A DNA stretch of 64,000 bases from assembly GCF_009914755.1 (NCBI RefSeq), contig NC_060937.1. One strand, given 5' to 3'. This DNA comes from the human T2T-CHM13v2.0 reference genome, Homo sapiens. The notes beneath the pieces are model-generated. The model searched no databases. It saw only the letters and a list, made by a program, of their open reading frames with translations, and had not been told where the DNA came from. Positions 26,673 to 43,852 of the stretch are shown here, piece by piece (positions within the stretch are counted from its first letter, which is position 1; the number at the start of each line of letters is the position of its first letter). Position numbers and translations under genes: made by a program.

Positions 26673-27689
26673 TATTAAAACAGCAAAAAAAAACTAGGTA
26701 TAAAAATGAAGGTGATGTGATACTCTTACCAAAACAAAGGAAATTCCCCTCCCTGAACAGGCTTTGGTGAGATATTTATATATATTTAGAAAATTAAAAC
26801 AATTAAAAATGGCAAAAAAAATGGAGTTTGCAATAAAGAAACAATGATGTGGAAAGGAAGCTCAAACGTCTACTCTGTGAATTTAAGTGCCAGGAGAAAA
26901 AGGAACAGTAAATCCAAGGTTCAGGGGAAATAGTTACAACCCAAGTATTTAATCCATAGGAAAATGACAGTCATAGATGAAGAGAAAGATGTTGTATCAT
27001 ATGCAATGAAATAAGAAAAATTATCCAATACCTGCAAATAACCAAAACGATTCCTGTGTGACCCTTCAGTAGACTGCCAAACATAGTCTAGAGGGCCCTC
27101 CTGGAATCGCCTAACTATACAAGAGTATGCTCTTTAATTGACTAGTTTCTTTAACAACTCTGTAGGACTAGATACCAACCTGTAGAAAACTGGTGACAAT
27201 GAAGTGATTCACTTGAAAATTATACTTTCTGAAAGTGGTTATAAAATATTTTGGAGCATATGCTTTTTTGCACATAATAATTTTGTAAAAGTTTATACTG
27301 ATTTCATATTGCCCTTAGAATTTTATTCTAGGCATGATTTTCATTATAGATACGGATTACATGGCTATTCATGACCCTGGTCTCTGCTTAATTTTTCATC
27401 TTCTTTATCTTTCATTTTGAATTCTTCTTCTCTTACTACTCCTTGCCTTGCATTTAACATCACAGACAGTAGATCAGGCCATAACTTTTTCTCACCTTCT
27501 CACCTCTGTGTATTTTCATTTGTTGTGTCCTTTTTCAGACCAGCATCATCTACCCTCTCCATGAGGCATGCAAACATACCACCCTTCTCCTGAGTAACTC
27601 GTACTTATTGTTTAAATATCAGCTTTTCCTCATTGTTCAGGATCTTTAAACTCCATTCTCTGGATTTGTGTCCCTATGGTCTAGCCTTG

Positions 27690-28066
27690 GTAACCTGTGG
27701 ATCAAGAGTCTAGATATTGGTTAGCTGGCTCTTCCACTCCAGGATCTCTCAGAAGGTTGCAATCAAGGTGTCAGTAACAGCTGGGATTTCACTGAAAAGC
27801 TAAAATGGGGAAGGATCCATGTATAAGCTCACACCATTGTCAATAGCACGTGACCCTCTCTAACATGGCCGCTTGCTTCATCAAAGCGTATGGGCTGAGG
27901 AGACGACAACAGAGTGAGTTTATTAGCCAAACGGAAGTTACAATCTTATGCAGTATAATCATGCATTCTGTTGATTAGAAGAACATCACAGGTCCATTCA
28001 CACTCAAGAGGAAGAATTACACAAGGTGGGGAACATTGGGACCATTTTGGAATAAGCCTGCCACTG
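27690..28066 (-). mobile_element. MLT1 (E/F-like) MaLR LTR fragment within L2-like sequence
   Basis: 'gttgcaatcaaggtgtcag', 'aacatggccgcttgcttcatcaaagc', 'acactcaagaggaagaattacacaagg'. Confidence 0.7.
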
Positions 28067-31000
28067 TAGTGCCTGGGACAGCTGTAGAATAAGGTACTGA
28101 AAAGATGGATGATAAAAAATTCATTAATGAATATATGATTTATATAGAGACTATCTTACAGAAATATGCAGAAAATCCCTTCCCTTGAGCATAAGATAAT
28201 AGATGAATTTGCTTCACTTTATTCATATTTTTTTCACTTTGAATAGATTCTCTTACTTTCTTATTCTTCCTCACTAGTTTTCAAAATATTTTCATAAAAC
28301 ATGGTCAGTTAAGCTAAAAATCAAAACAATTGAAATAGATATTAATTGATTCATTAAAACCCTACTTTACATAATTTTCTTTAAAATACACACAGGCTTC
28401 TGTATTTTTTCTAATATTTTGAAATCTACATTACAAATGCAACATGGATCCAGAGCAATGTGAGCATCGCCACAGATATGCAAAATCCATTTAAAGGATT
28501 TCATCATATATTTGCCTCAACCTCTTGAAATATAACTTTAATGATACACACTAAAACTACTTAATGCAATGAAATTGACTTCGTTGAATTTTATAACAGG
28601 ACATAATTTTGACTTTCAATGAAAAAATAAACAAGATAATATCCTTGCAAACTTTGTCTAAACAATAAGTCAGAATTGGGGAGTAATTCTATAATAAAAT
28701 AAAACACAATTACATTCTGTTTTATTTGTGATTTCTTCTATTAGACATCTGAACATTTCTTTCACCCATAATTTTGGATTCTCTAAAGTAATAGAAGAAG
28801 GGCCAAACCAAGCTGCAGGAAATGGTTACATAAATATACTTAATGATCCTTGCCGAATATATAGTACCTAATATTATAGGACAGTATTTCTGGGGCATGT
28901 ATCCATCGTTACCAAGGATAAATAAAGCCTTTTCAAAATTGTATTCTATATGGGTTAATGTCTGCAAAGGTTAAAAACATCAAATTCTGGAATATCATGA
29001 CCTGATATTAGTGACCCAGTAATAGGTTGACATTTGCAATTCTTTGTTGGGGGTAATAGCCCACCATATGCAAAGATCACCTTCTGCATTTAGCTGCTTA
29101 TTTCAAAGGAAAACATATGAGTGATAATAGTGCAAGGGAGGTTAATAACAGGTACAGGCCTAGCATAGCTTTTATCAGTTCATTTAGAAAATGAACTGAG
29201 AATTGCTGTCAACTTGATTGGGAAGAGGAAAGAAAGAACGGACCCATATGGGAGGCATCAGTCAGCTTCCAGTGTGTGTGTGAAGGTTGTTTGCAAGGTT
29301 ACTTGGGCTGATACAACATAAAGCTGGAATTTGCATGTCAAATTTTGTTCCTTTTGTAACATACTGTCACACAAATCACTGGCCCTGGGGTTTAAATTTC
29401 ACAGATGTCTAAACTCATTTAAAAATTAAACTGCAATAATTTGTGATCCACAGTGCACCTAATCTTTCTGATTTTCTCAGAATGGTTTGTTTTGCCATTA
29501 TACTTTCTTCTTACCATCTAAAATTCTAATTCTTCATAGACTATCTCAGTTTTTCCTTCAAAAGCTAATGTATTCTTTGACGAGACTATTATTCTTTGAG
29601 GCCATTGTATTATTATTACAGTTAAAAGATTCAAAAAACACAATATTTACTCATAGTTGGAATCACAAACAAAAATAATTCAGGATTAAGGTGACCATTA
29701 CATTTTCCTGGGCTTCTGGAAAAGTAAAAATGTGATTCATGAGTGCTAGCTTTATTACCTTCTTATTTATTACATTGTTATTATTTCAACTACCTAGCAA
29801 TTTTCAGAACACTTTGCAAGGAACATTTACACTATGTTTTGCTCTATGAATTATTTCATCAGAATTAAGAGCCTTTTATTACTATACAATATCCTAAGAT
29901 GCAATGATCCAATAGATGTATAATGACCTGCTATAGATTTTATTAACATTGCCAAACATTAATATCTTTCCTCAGTGGAATTGAAAGCATTGCATGATAA
30001 AATTTTAGTATAAATTTTACAGGAAAGAATTTCAAATGATGATGCAAGTAGAATTTTACTCATCCAGAGGAGGTATATATTAGTCATGTTACTTTAGTAC
30101 ACTGGAAATATGAAAAGTAAACATTACTTTTAGTCTCTCTCTCTTTTTTTTTCTTTACTTTATATTTACAGGAAATGCTAAAGCAACATTCTGTTGCTTA
30201 CAACATTCACATAGGTTCCAATTATGCCTGGTTAATTCAATGATACAAATTTTGCCTTATTTCTTACCATTATTATTATTATTAAGTAATATAACATTGA
30301 AATAGTTTCACAATTCTGTTTCATATTTTCTTCAAGATTGTAGGGAATTGACACCCACCATGGGTCTGGGAACATGTAACACCTTGAGCGTTTTTGAGAA
30401 GCAGAGAAGAAGGGAAAGTCTAAGATTGTGCTGAGGTTTCTGGGGGAAAATCCATACATTTTCAAGTATGTTACAGGCCATATTCTTCGTTTTATGTACA
30501 TTCTAAGGTAACAACAATTCAGTTAGAATTATTTAAAAGAAAGGCACTTGCATTTATTGCATAATTACAGCAATGAGTATGTTCAAGGATGGTCAACAAT
30601 TAGGATAGCTTGTAATTAGTGGAAGGTAATATTATACATCACTTATTATTTTACCCAAGTGCAGAAAACATCTCAAGTTCAAGAGTATATGTAAATTGAT
30701 GATGCATTTCCTCCTCTGCTGCTAATAAAAAGATCAATAGAATAAGAATATATTAAAATTTAATACTAAGCATTTTTTTACTTTGTTTTTTATCGTTGCT
30801 GTTGGCCCCTGTAAAATTAAATGGTTGACAGTTTTTACATTCAAAATCTGAAGTTGTTAAAAATTTTGATCACAAAAATGGCACTGCAGACAACTTGTTT
30901 CTACTTCTCTAGTAGAAACAAGTTCTACATTAATATGTGAAAAAGTGTTAATTCAATCAATATGTAGTCCATGAACATCTGTTAGGCATAGAAATATGAT

Positions 31001-33739
31001 GGGCAGTAAGGTCTAACTCCTGGCTTGATGGTATTTAGATACTAGAAAAATATAGTCATATATACTTAATTTACTATGGTCTCTATATTCTATTTGATTA
31101 AAACTAATTATATAGTAAACAAGTAGATCCTCAATAAACAATAATGAAAAGTTTTTATTTAAGAATCTGGAATTTTAGGCTATTACTCTCTGGAGTTAAC
31201 CAAAGATCCTAGCACTCTCAAGAAAGATTGAGAAATGCAAATATTAGTTTTAATTTTTAAACTATAAAAATATATACATATACAAATATTACTTAACATT
31301 AGTATAAAGAAAGTTTGCCTTTTGGTAAACAAAGTGTGGTCTACATATTTAAAATTTTAATGTTTTTATTAAACCTTTTTAGATATTCAAACTACTTTTG
31401 TTTGCAGACACATTTAAAGCAGTAATTGCCAACTTAAAGACCGTAACCACTTTGATAATAAATCTATATATGCAGCAAGAAGTGCTTCCAATCTGAATTT
31501 AAAATATACCTTACACTCATATATGAATATTTTCCTTGTGGATTGAGACATAGTTGTGACTAACAAAATAAATTAAAAATATTACTTGATTCTTACAGAG
31601 AATACAAATGCCACAAAGTTAGCATCAATATTTAAAAAGTCTAAAAGACAACTTCTATAATTTGGGATGGGCAATGTACCTTTTATGATTATTTTCACAT
31701 TCCCACTTATTTATTTTTTCTTTTGTTGTTCATGCTTTTGGTGTCAAGAATCCATTGCCTGATCATGAAGATTTACCCTGTGATTTCTTTCAATAGTTTT
31801 ATACTTTTAGACCTTCATTTAGGCTATGGTGCATTTTGAGTTAAATTTTGTGTTGGGTGTGAGGAAGGGGTTCAACTTTATTCTTTAGAATATGTTTTTC
31901 CAGTTATCCCACCACTATTTGTTAGAGATCACTCCTCCCCCCGTTGACTTGTCTTGATACTCTTGTCAAAAATCAATTAGTCATGGATGCTTGGGTTTAT
32001 TTCTGGACTCTCAATTCTATTCCATTGGTCTATATGTCTATCCTTCTGCTAGTACTACATTTGACTACTGAAACTTTCTAATAAGTTTTGAAATTGGGAA
32101 ATTTGAGTCTTAAATCATTTTTTTTTCTTTCAGTGTTGTCTTAACTATTAAGGGCCCCTTGTGATTCCACATGAATTTGAAAATCAGATTTCCCATTTCT
32201 GCAAGAAGGGCCATTGGGATTTTGATTGAGTTGCACTGAATCTTCTGATTACTTTGGAAAGTTTTGTTCTATTAACAATAATAAGTATTTTGATTACCAA
32301 TACAGGCTATATTTCCATTTATTTGGGCCTTCTTTAATTTCTTTCAGTAATGTTTTGTAATTCTTAGTGTGCATACCTTGCACTTCCTCATCTTACTTCT
32401 TCCTATGTATTGTTTCCGCTTTGGATGCTATCATAAATGGAATTTTCTTAATTTCTGTGTTTGATTGTTCATTGCCATTGTATATAAACACAATTAAGTT
32501 TTTTATATTCATCTTGTGCACTGAAAAATTACTGGATTTGTTAAATATTGTTTAATATAGAAAATCATGTCATCTGCAATAGAGATAGTTTTTACTTCTT
32601 TTCTAATATGTCTGTTATTTCTTTTTCTTATTTTATTACTCCTGATAAGACTTTAAGTACAATGTTAAATAGTGTGATGAATCTCTGTCTTTTGTCTTGT
32701 TCCTGACCCTAAAAGCAAAGCTTTCAGTCCTTCACCATTGAGTAGGCTGGGTATTTTTTTATTATTATTATTATGAAAGGGTATTGAATTTTATCTTATT
32801 GCTTTATTTGTATCTGCTGAGATGGTCATGAGTTTTCCTTGGTTCTAAAAATACATTGTGTTACATTGATTACTTTTCTTACATTGAAATAAGCTTGCAT
32901 TTCTAGAATAAATTCCACTTTGCTATGGTATATAATTTATTCAGTATGCTTATTTGGTTTTCAAGTATTTTGTTGAGCATTTTTGCATCTACATTCATAA
33001 GAAATATTTTTCTGTAGTTTTCTTATGGTATCTGATTTTGATATCGGTCGAATTCTGGCTTCATAGAACGTGTTGAGAAGTATTTCCTCTATTTTATTTT
33101 TATTTTTGGCAGAAGTTTGGGTAGAATTTGTGTTAATTCTTTAAATATTTGATAGAATTCACCAGAGAAGTTTATCTAATTGTGGCCTTCTTGTTGATGG
33201 TAGGTTTTTGATTATTCAGTTTTTCTACTGATATTTCTCTTGAGATAATTTTTTTCTACATTTGATAATGTGTATTTCTAGAAAATTTTCCAATTTGTCT
33301 AGATTATCTAATTTGTTGTCATATAATTATTCTCTTGCAATTCTTGTAATTGCTATAATATTCGTAGTTCTATTTCTGATTTTAGTTGTTTTTGTCTTCT
33401 GTCTTCTTAGTATAAGGATTTATCAATTTTGCTGATCTTTTCAAAGAAACAACTTTGGTTTTGTATGTAGCCTCTATTTTTCTACTTTATCTTTGATTTA
33501 TCTCTTCTCTAAACTCTATTAGTTCCTTCCTTTTGCTGGATTTAGGTTTAGTTTGCTTTGCTTTTTCTAGTTTGCTAAAGCATTAAGTTATGTTGTCAAT
33601 ATCGGATCCTGTCTTTTTAAATGTAGGCATTTATAGCTGTAAGTTTCCCTTCAAGCACTACTTTTGCTATATCCCATAAGTTTCGTTATGTTGTTTCCAT
33701 TTTTATTTATCTCAAATGATTTATTTGTTCTTTGATCTT

Positions 33740-33900
33740 ATTATGAACTAAAAATTTATTTGCTGAATTCCTAACTTCCAGTACCTCAGAGTATGACTGT
33801 ATTAGAAGACTGAGTCTTTAAAGGGGCAGTTAAGGTAAAATTAAATCATATGGTTGGTCCCTATTTTAATATGACTAGTATTCTTATAAGAAAATATGAC
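33740..33900 (+). mobile_element. MLT1B LTR, 5' half
   Basis: 'ccagtacctcagagtatgactgtatt...aatatgactagtattcttataaga' matches the MLT1B pattern. Confidence 0.8.
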
Positions 33901-34361
33901 GGGGTGCGGGGGGCGGTTGCAAGATGGCCTAATAGGAACAGCTCCAGTCTATAGCTCCCAGTGTGAGTGACACAGAAGACGGGTAATTTCTGCATTTCCA
34001 ACTGAGGTACCGGGTTCATCTCACTGGGGCTTGTCGGACAGTGGGGGCAGGACAATGGGTGCAGCCCAGCAAGCCTAAGCCAAAGCAGGGCAAGGCATCG
34101 CCTCACCCAGGAAGTGCGAGGGGTCAGGGAATTCCCTTTCCCAGTCAAGGGAGGCGGTGACAGACAGCACCTGGAAAATTGGGTCACTCCCACACTAATA
34201 CTGCGCTTTTCCAATGGTCTTAGCAAATGGCACACTGGGAGATAATATCCCGTGCCTGGCTCAGAGGGTCCCACGCCCACGGAGCCTCGCTCATTGCTAG
34301 TAAGGCAGTCTGAGATGGAACTACAAGGCGTCAGCAAGGCTGGGGTAGGGGAGCCTGCCAT
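33861..34361 (-). CDS. ORF0: L1 antisense ORF0-like open frame (166 aa), running out of the element into MLT1B; translation unproven
   Basis: MAGSPTPALLTPCSSISDCLTSNERGSVGVGPSEPG...VGVTQFSRC aligns with primate ORF0 as recalled; ATG at 34361 in gcaATGg context. Confidence 0.5.
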   Translation of the reverse strand: MAGSPTPALLTPCSSISDCLTSNERGSVGVGPSEPGTGYYLPVCHLLRPLEKRSISVGVTQFSRCCLSPPPLTGKGNSLTPRTSWVRRCLALLWLRLAGLHPLSCPHCPTSPSEMNPVPQLEMQKLPVFCVTHTGSYRLELFLLGHLATAPRTPSYFLIRILVILK

Positions 34362-34936
34362 TGCTGAGGCTTCAGTAGGTAAACAGAGCAGCCAGGAAGC
34401 TCGAACTGGGTGGAGCCCACCACAGCTCAAGGAGGCTTGCCTGCCTCTGTAGACTCCACCTCTGGGGGCAGGGCATAGCAGAACAAAAGGCAACAGAAAC
34501 CTCTGCAGAAGTAAATGTCCCTGTCTGACAGCTTTGAAGAGAGTAGTGGTTCTCCCAGCACAGAGTTTGAGATCTGAGAACAGACAGACTGCCTCCTCAA
34601 GTGGGTCCCTGACCACCGAGTAGCCTAACTGGGAGGTACACCCCAGTAGGGGGAGACTGACACCTCACACGGCTGGGTACCCCTCTGAGACGAAGCTTGC
34701 AGAGGAAAGATCAGGCAGCAGCATTTGCTCTTCAGCAATATTCGCTGTTCTGCCACCTCTGCTGCTGATACCCAGGCAAACAGGGTCTGGAGTGGACCTC
34801 CAGCAAACTCCAACAGACCTGCAGCTGAGGGTCCTGACTGTTAGAAGGAAAACTAACCAACAGAAAGGACATCCACACCAAAACCCCATCTGTACATCAA
34901 CATCAGCAACGACCAAAGGTAGATAAAACCGCAAAG

Positions 34937-35948
34937 ATGGGGAGAAAACAGAGCAGAAAAGCTGAAAATTCTAAAAATCAGACCACCTCTTCTCCTCCAA
35001 AGGAATGCAGCTCCTTGCCAGCAATGTAACAAAGCTGTATGGAGAATGACTTTGACAGGTTGAGAGAAGAAGGCTTCAGACGATCAAACTTCTCTGAGCT
35101 AAAGGAGGAAGTTCAATCCCAACACAAAGAAGCTAAAAACCTTGAAAAAAGATTAGACAAATGGCTAACCAGAATAACGAGTGCAGAGAAGTCCTTAAAT
35201 GACCTGATGGAGCTGAAAACCATGGCACGAGAACTATGTGACGAATGCACAAGCTTCAGTAGCCGATTCGATCAACTGGAAGAAAGGGTATCAGTAATTG
35301 AAGATCAAATGAATGAAATGAAGTGAGAAGAGAAGTTTAGAGAAAAAAGAGTAAAAAGAAATGAACAAAGCCTCCAAGAAATATGGGACTATGTGAAAAG
35401 ACCAAATCTACATCTGATTGGTGTCCCTGAAAGTGACGGGGAGAATGGAACCAAGTTGGAAAACACTCTGCAGGATATTATTCAGGAGAACTTCCCCAAC
35501 CTAGCAAGGCAGGCCAACATTCAAATTCAGGAAATACGGAGAACGCCACAAAGATACTCCTTGAGAAGAGCAACTCCAAGACACATAATTGTCAGATTCA
35601 CCAAAGTTGAAATGAAGGAAAAAATGTTAAGGGCAGCAAGAGAGAAAGGTCGGATTACCCACAAAGGGAACCTCAACAGACTAACAGCGGATCTTTTGGC
35701 AGAAAATCTACAAGCCAGAAGAGAAGGGGGGCCAATATTCAACATTCTTAAAGAATTTTCAACCCAGAATTTCATATCCAGCCAAACTAAGCTTCATAAG
35801 TGAAGGAGAAATAAAATGCTTTACAGACAAGCAAATGCTGAGAGATTTTGTCACCACCAGGCCTGCCCTACAAGAGTTCAGGAAGGAAACACTAAACATG
35901 GAAAGGAACAAAAGATACCGGCCACTGCAATAACATGCCAAATTGTAA
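34937..35948 (+). pseudogene. L1 ORF1p, disrupted
   Basis: ORF1p peptides in ORFs 35039-35326 and 35393-35803; premature stops and a frameshift. Confidence 0.93.
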
Positions 35949-36011
35949 AGACCATCGATGCTAGGAAAAAACTACATCAACTAGTGAGCAAAATAACCAG
36001 CTAACATCATA

Positions 36012-39827
<3,816 letters not shown>

Positions 39828-40066
39828 ACAATGAGAACACTTGGACACAGGAAGGGGAACATCACACACTGGGGCCTGTTGTGGGGTTGGGGGAGGGGGG
39901 AGGGATAGCAGTAGGAGAGATACCTAATGTAAATGATGAGTTAATGGGTGCAGCACACCAACATGGCACATGTATACATATGTAACAAACCTGCACATTG
40001 TGCACATGTACCCTAGAACTTAAAATACAATTAAAATATCACTAGTAAAAAAGAAAAAAATATGGC

Positions 40067-40269
40067 ATGAAAATACACGGAAGAAAAACCATGTGTAGGT
40101 ACAAGATGGCCATATGCAAGCCAACGCTAGAGGCCCTCAGAAGAAACCAACCATGTTGTCACCTTTATCTTGGACTTGTAGCCTCCAGATCTACAGAGAA
40201 GATAATTTTTTGTTGCTTAATCCACCAAGTCTATAGTAATTTTTTATGGCAGCCTAACAAACTAATGGA
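40067..40269 (+). mobile_element. MLT1B LTR, 3' half
   Basis: 'gccctcagaagaaaccaacc...tcttggacttgtagcctccag...tatggcagcctaacaaactaat'. Confidence 0.85.
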
Positions 40270-43200
40270 GACTCATTAACTGTTTAAGTGTGTTTTCTTA
40301 ATTTTCATATGTTTTTGACTTTTCTAGTTTTTTACAGTTTTGCTTCAGTCCATAGTGTTCAGAGAATGTACTTTGTATAGTTTCTGTCTTTAAACATATC
40401 TTGAAAGTTGTTTTATGGATAAACATATGGTCTATTCCAGAGAATGTTCCTTGTACACTGGAGAATAATGTTCATTTTGTAGTTGTTCTGTGGCGTGTTC
40501 TTTAAGTGTCTGTAAGGTCTACTTTGCTTACAAGGTTTTTCAAGCCTTCTATTGTCTTAATGCTCTTTGTTCTATTCATTAGTAAAAGTAGGGTTTGAAG
40601 TCTCCAATTATTATTGTAGAATTGTGTATTTTTTTCTTTAATTATGTCAAAGTGTGCCTCATACATATTGAAGCTCTTTTATTTGCTGCATATATATTTC
40701 TAATTGTTTTATCTTGATGAATCAGTAGCTTAAATATATCATCTCAGGGTCCTACAGCTTTCAGAGTTCCTGGTAAGACACTGGCTGTCAATTATATTGA
40801 AAGGTCCTTACACATGACAAGTTGCTTTTCTTGCTGCTTTCTAGGTTTTCTTTTTGTATTTGGCTTTGGAAAGTTTGGTTATAATGTGTCTCAGTGTAAG
40901 ATCCTGCTTGTAGCTTGTTGAGCTTCTTTGATGTGTTGGTTCATGTCTTCCATCAAATTTGGAAACTTGTTAGCCTGTATTTCTTTAAGTATTTTTTTCA
41001 GCTCCTTTTTCTCTTCTTCAGGGAGTCCCATAATACATACACTGGTATGCTTGATGGTGTCCCATACATCTCGTGGGCTCTGTTCATTTTCCTTCATTCT
41101 TTTTTATTTTCACACTGGACAATTCCAGTTGTCCAGTCTATCTTCAATAGCAGATTCTTCCTTACATCTGCTAAAATCTCCAGGAATTTTTTTATCTATC
41201 GCACTTTTCAGCTCTATTATATCTATTTAAATCTCTCTTCATAATTTCTATTTAAATCCCTATCTGTTTGTTGATATTTTCTCTTTAATTCATGTTTCTG
41301 TTGATTTTCTTTAGTTTCTTTCTATGATTTTCTTCATATATTTGATCATATTTAAGGCAATTAACTGAAATTGTTTTTCTAATATGACCAATGTCTGGAC
41401 ATCCTCAGAGATGTTTCCTCTTGATTTCTTTTATTTTTGTGAATGAATGTTTCTCTCTCTGTTTTATAGTATTTTTGTTAGAATTTGAACATTTTGGATT
41501 TTGTAATGTGGTAACTCTGGAATTCAGATTCTCTCTTTCCTAGGGATTGTTGATACTGCCTGCTGAGGGCTGTAGTTATCATTTGTTCAGTTACTTGTCC
41601 AAACTGTTTTCATAAGGACTGTATTCATTGTCATATGTGGTCACGGAAATCTCTTCTATTGTGACTATAGTCAGCTAATGAAGTGACTTGACAGAAAATT
41701 CCTAAAATACCAGCCTCTATCTTAATCAGGCACTCCCCTGGACAATACCAGTGTTTGACTTTACTTCAGAGTTTCTCAGTAGTTGATTCTGACAGTCTTG
41801 CCACCAGAATAGATGTTTTGGGGAGGGAGTGATTATTGATGCTTCCTACCATGCCATCTTCTGTGATACCATTCTGCCAAAACACTTTTGTTATCAAAAA
41901 GTGATGGTCGTTTTAAAAAATAGTATATAACACACTTAGATTATTATTTTAGTTCTTTATGCTTACCTAAAATTTGGCCCTTGATAACAGTTTCCCAAGA
42001 CCATCAACTGGTTTCATAAAGTCCCCTCCAAATGTATCAAGAGGTTATTTAGAGGAAATTTCTCTACCACCCAGGCATGTGATACATCGTTGAACCATTA
42101 CTACCAACTTTACCATTTTTCTGTATAGGTTTGTAGAAAAACTTGTAGATGTCATCTGTGAATACTGAAAGTGATCTCCATGTTTTCTTGCTTTTAATTC
42201 TTCCATTTATGTCAACAGGAGAATAATAAATTACCAAAAAAAAAAAAGCCCTAATAAGAGTAGGAGTATTCAAGGAAGTAATTGGAAGCTATCTGGCCTA
42301 AATTAATATATAAATACCAAAATGAATGAAAGACTGGTAATTACATTGGAAGACTCCTTGGTAGGTGTAAAATTTAATGGCATTAATTTTAGAATGTATT
42401 TATCCATCTGCCTCTACCTTCCACCCCAGTCCCAACCCCCACCCCTGCCAACAGCCCTTGCTTAAGTATTTCTTTCTATAATAATGATAATTCCATTAAA
42501 AAGGAGAAAGAGAATATAGAATTTAATAAACACTGTATATCAAAGATTTAATTTATTTTCTCAATAACGTGAATTAAGGCTTATGAATGACTTATGTTAA
42601 ATATCATGAATTATTTAATAACATTTAATAACTTTTAAAATAACATATACATTAAGGCCACATGAATTCTGTGAAAACATTTTATTTCTTTACCATATAT
42701 ACTGCAATATGTTTATGAATAATAATTCTAATATTAGTTAATAATAACTATGTATCAGGAACTATGTTAATTGCCTTTTATGGATTATCTCAAATAATAA
42801 TCATAGTAAATCTATGAGGATGAGTACGCTTCACCACTAACTTTTCTCAATATGAATGTCATCCACTTAATAATGAAGTAGATATGCTGATATCAAAGTA
42901 TCATCCTCCTTTTTCCATAGTACTAATATTTTAAACACCAGTGAAATTCACTCTTCTCTATATATTTTTATATTTTTATTTTATATACATTTTTCAAAAG
43001 CTCATAATCTGCCTAAAAATTCCCTGAAGTATTTTTCAAAGAGACCTAACAAATATCCATTCTAAAGAAAATTCTTTTAAATTTTGTTATACCAAACCTT
43101 ATATTCCTTTTAAATTGTTGAGGGAAAACTCTAGCTGGAACAGGAAGATTGGTTTTAAAAAATATACACTATGCACACATCCAGTTTATGATACTGAACC

Positions 43201-43852
43201 ACACTAAATACTTATTCAACTGGCAATTATGGGATTTGTGTCTGATAGTACTATAAAATAAAAACTGTTATACAATTTTAAGGTAATGTTCTTAATTTTG
43301 AATTGCTTTATATATGTGGGACTTTCAACAAAATCAAATCTACAGATACGTAGTTGGTAATTGATTATGCAACATACTTTTGGCTATTGCTGTAAAAATT
43401 TAAGCAATAGACACTTAGTGAGGAATCTAATCCTATATCATCTAAATTGTATGAGGAAGTGGATTTGACTTATATTTTTATTTATTTATTTAATTTCCAT
43501 AGGTTATTGAGGAACAGGTTGTGTTTGGTTACATCAGTAAGTTCTTTAGTGGTGATTTTTGAGATTTTGGCGCACCCGTCACCCAAACACTATGCACTGC
43601 ACCCTATTTGTAGTCTTTTTTTCCTCACCCCCTTCTGACCCTTTCCCCAAGTCCCCAAAGTCCACTGTGTCATTCTTATGTCATTGCATCTTCATAGCTT
43701 AGCTCCCACTTATGAGGGAGAACATAGGATGTTTGGTTTTCCATTCCTGAGTTACTTCACTTAGAATGAGTCTCCAATCTCATCCAGGTAGCTGTGCATG
43801 CCATTAACTCATTCCTTTTTATGGCTGAGTAGTATTCCATTGCATATATACA

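Noticed and set aside
29329-29336. Octamer motif ATTTGCAT
   Set aside because: A single 8-mer is expected by chance in 64 kb of AT-rich DNA.
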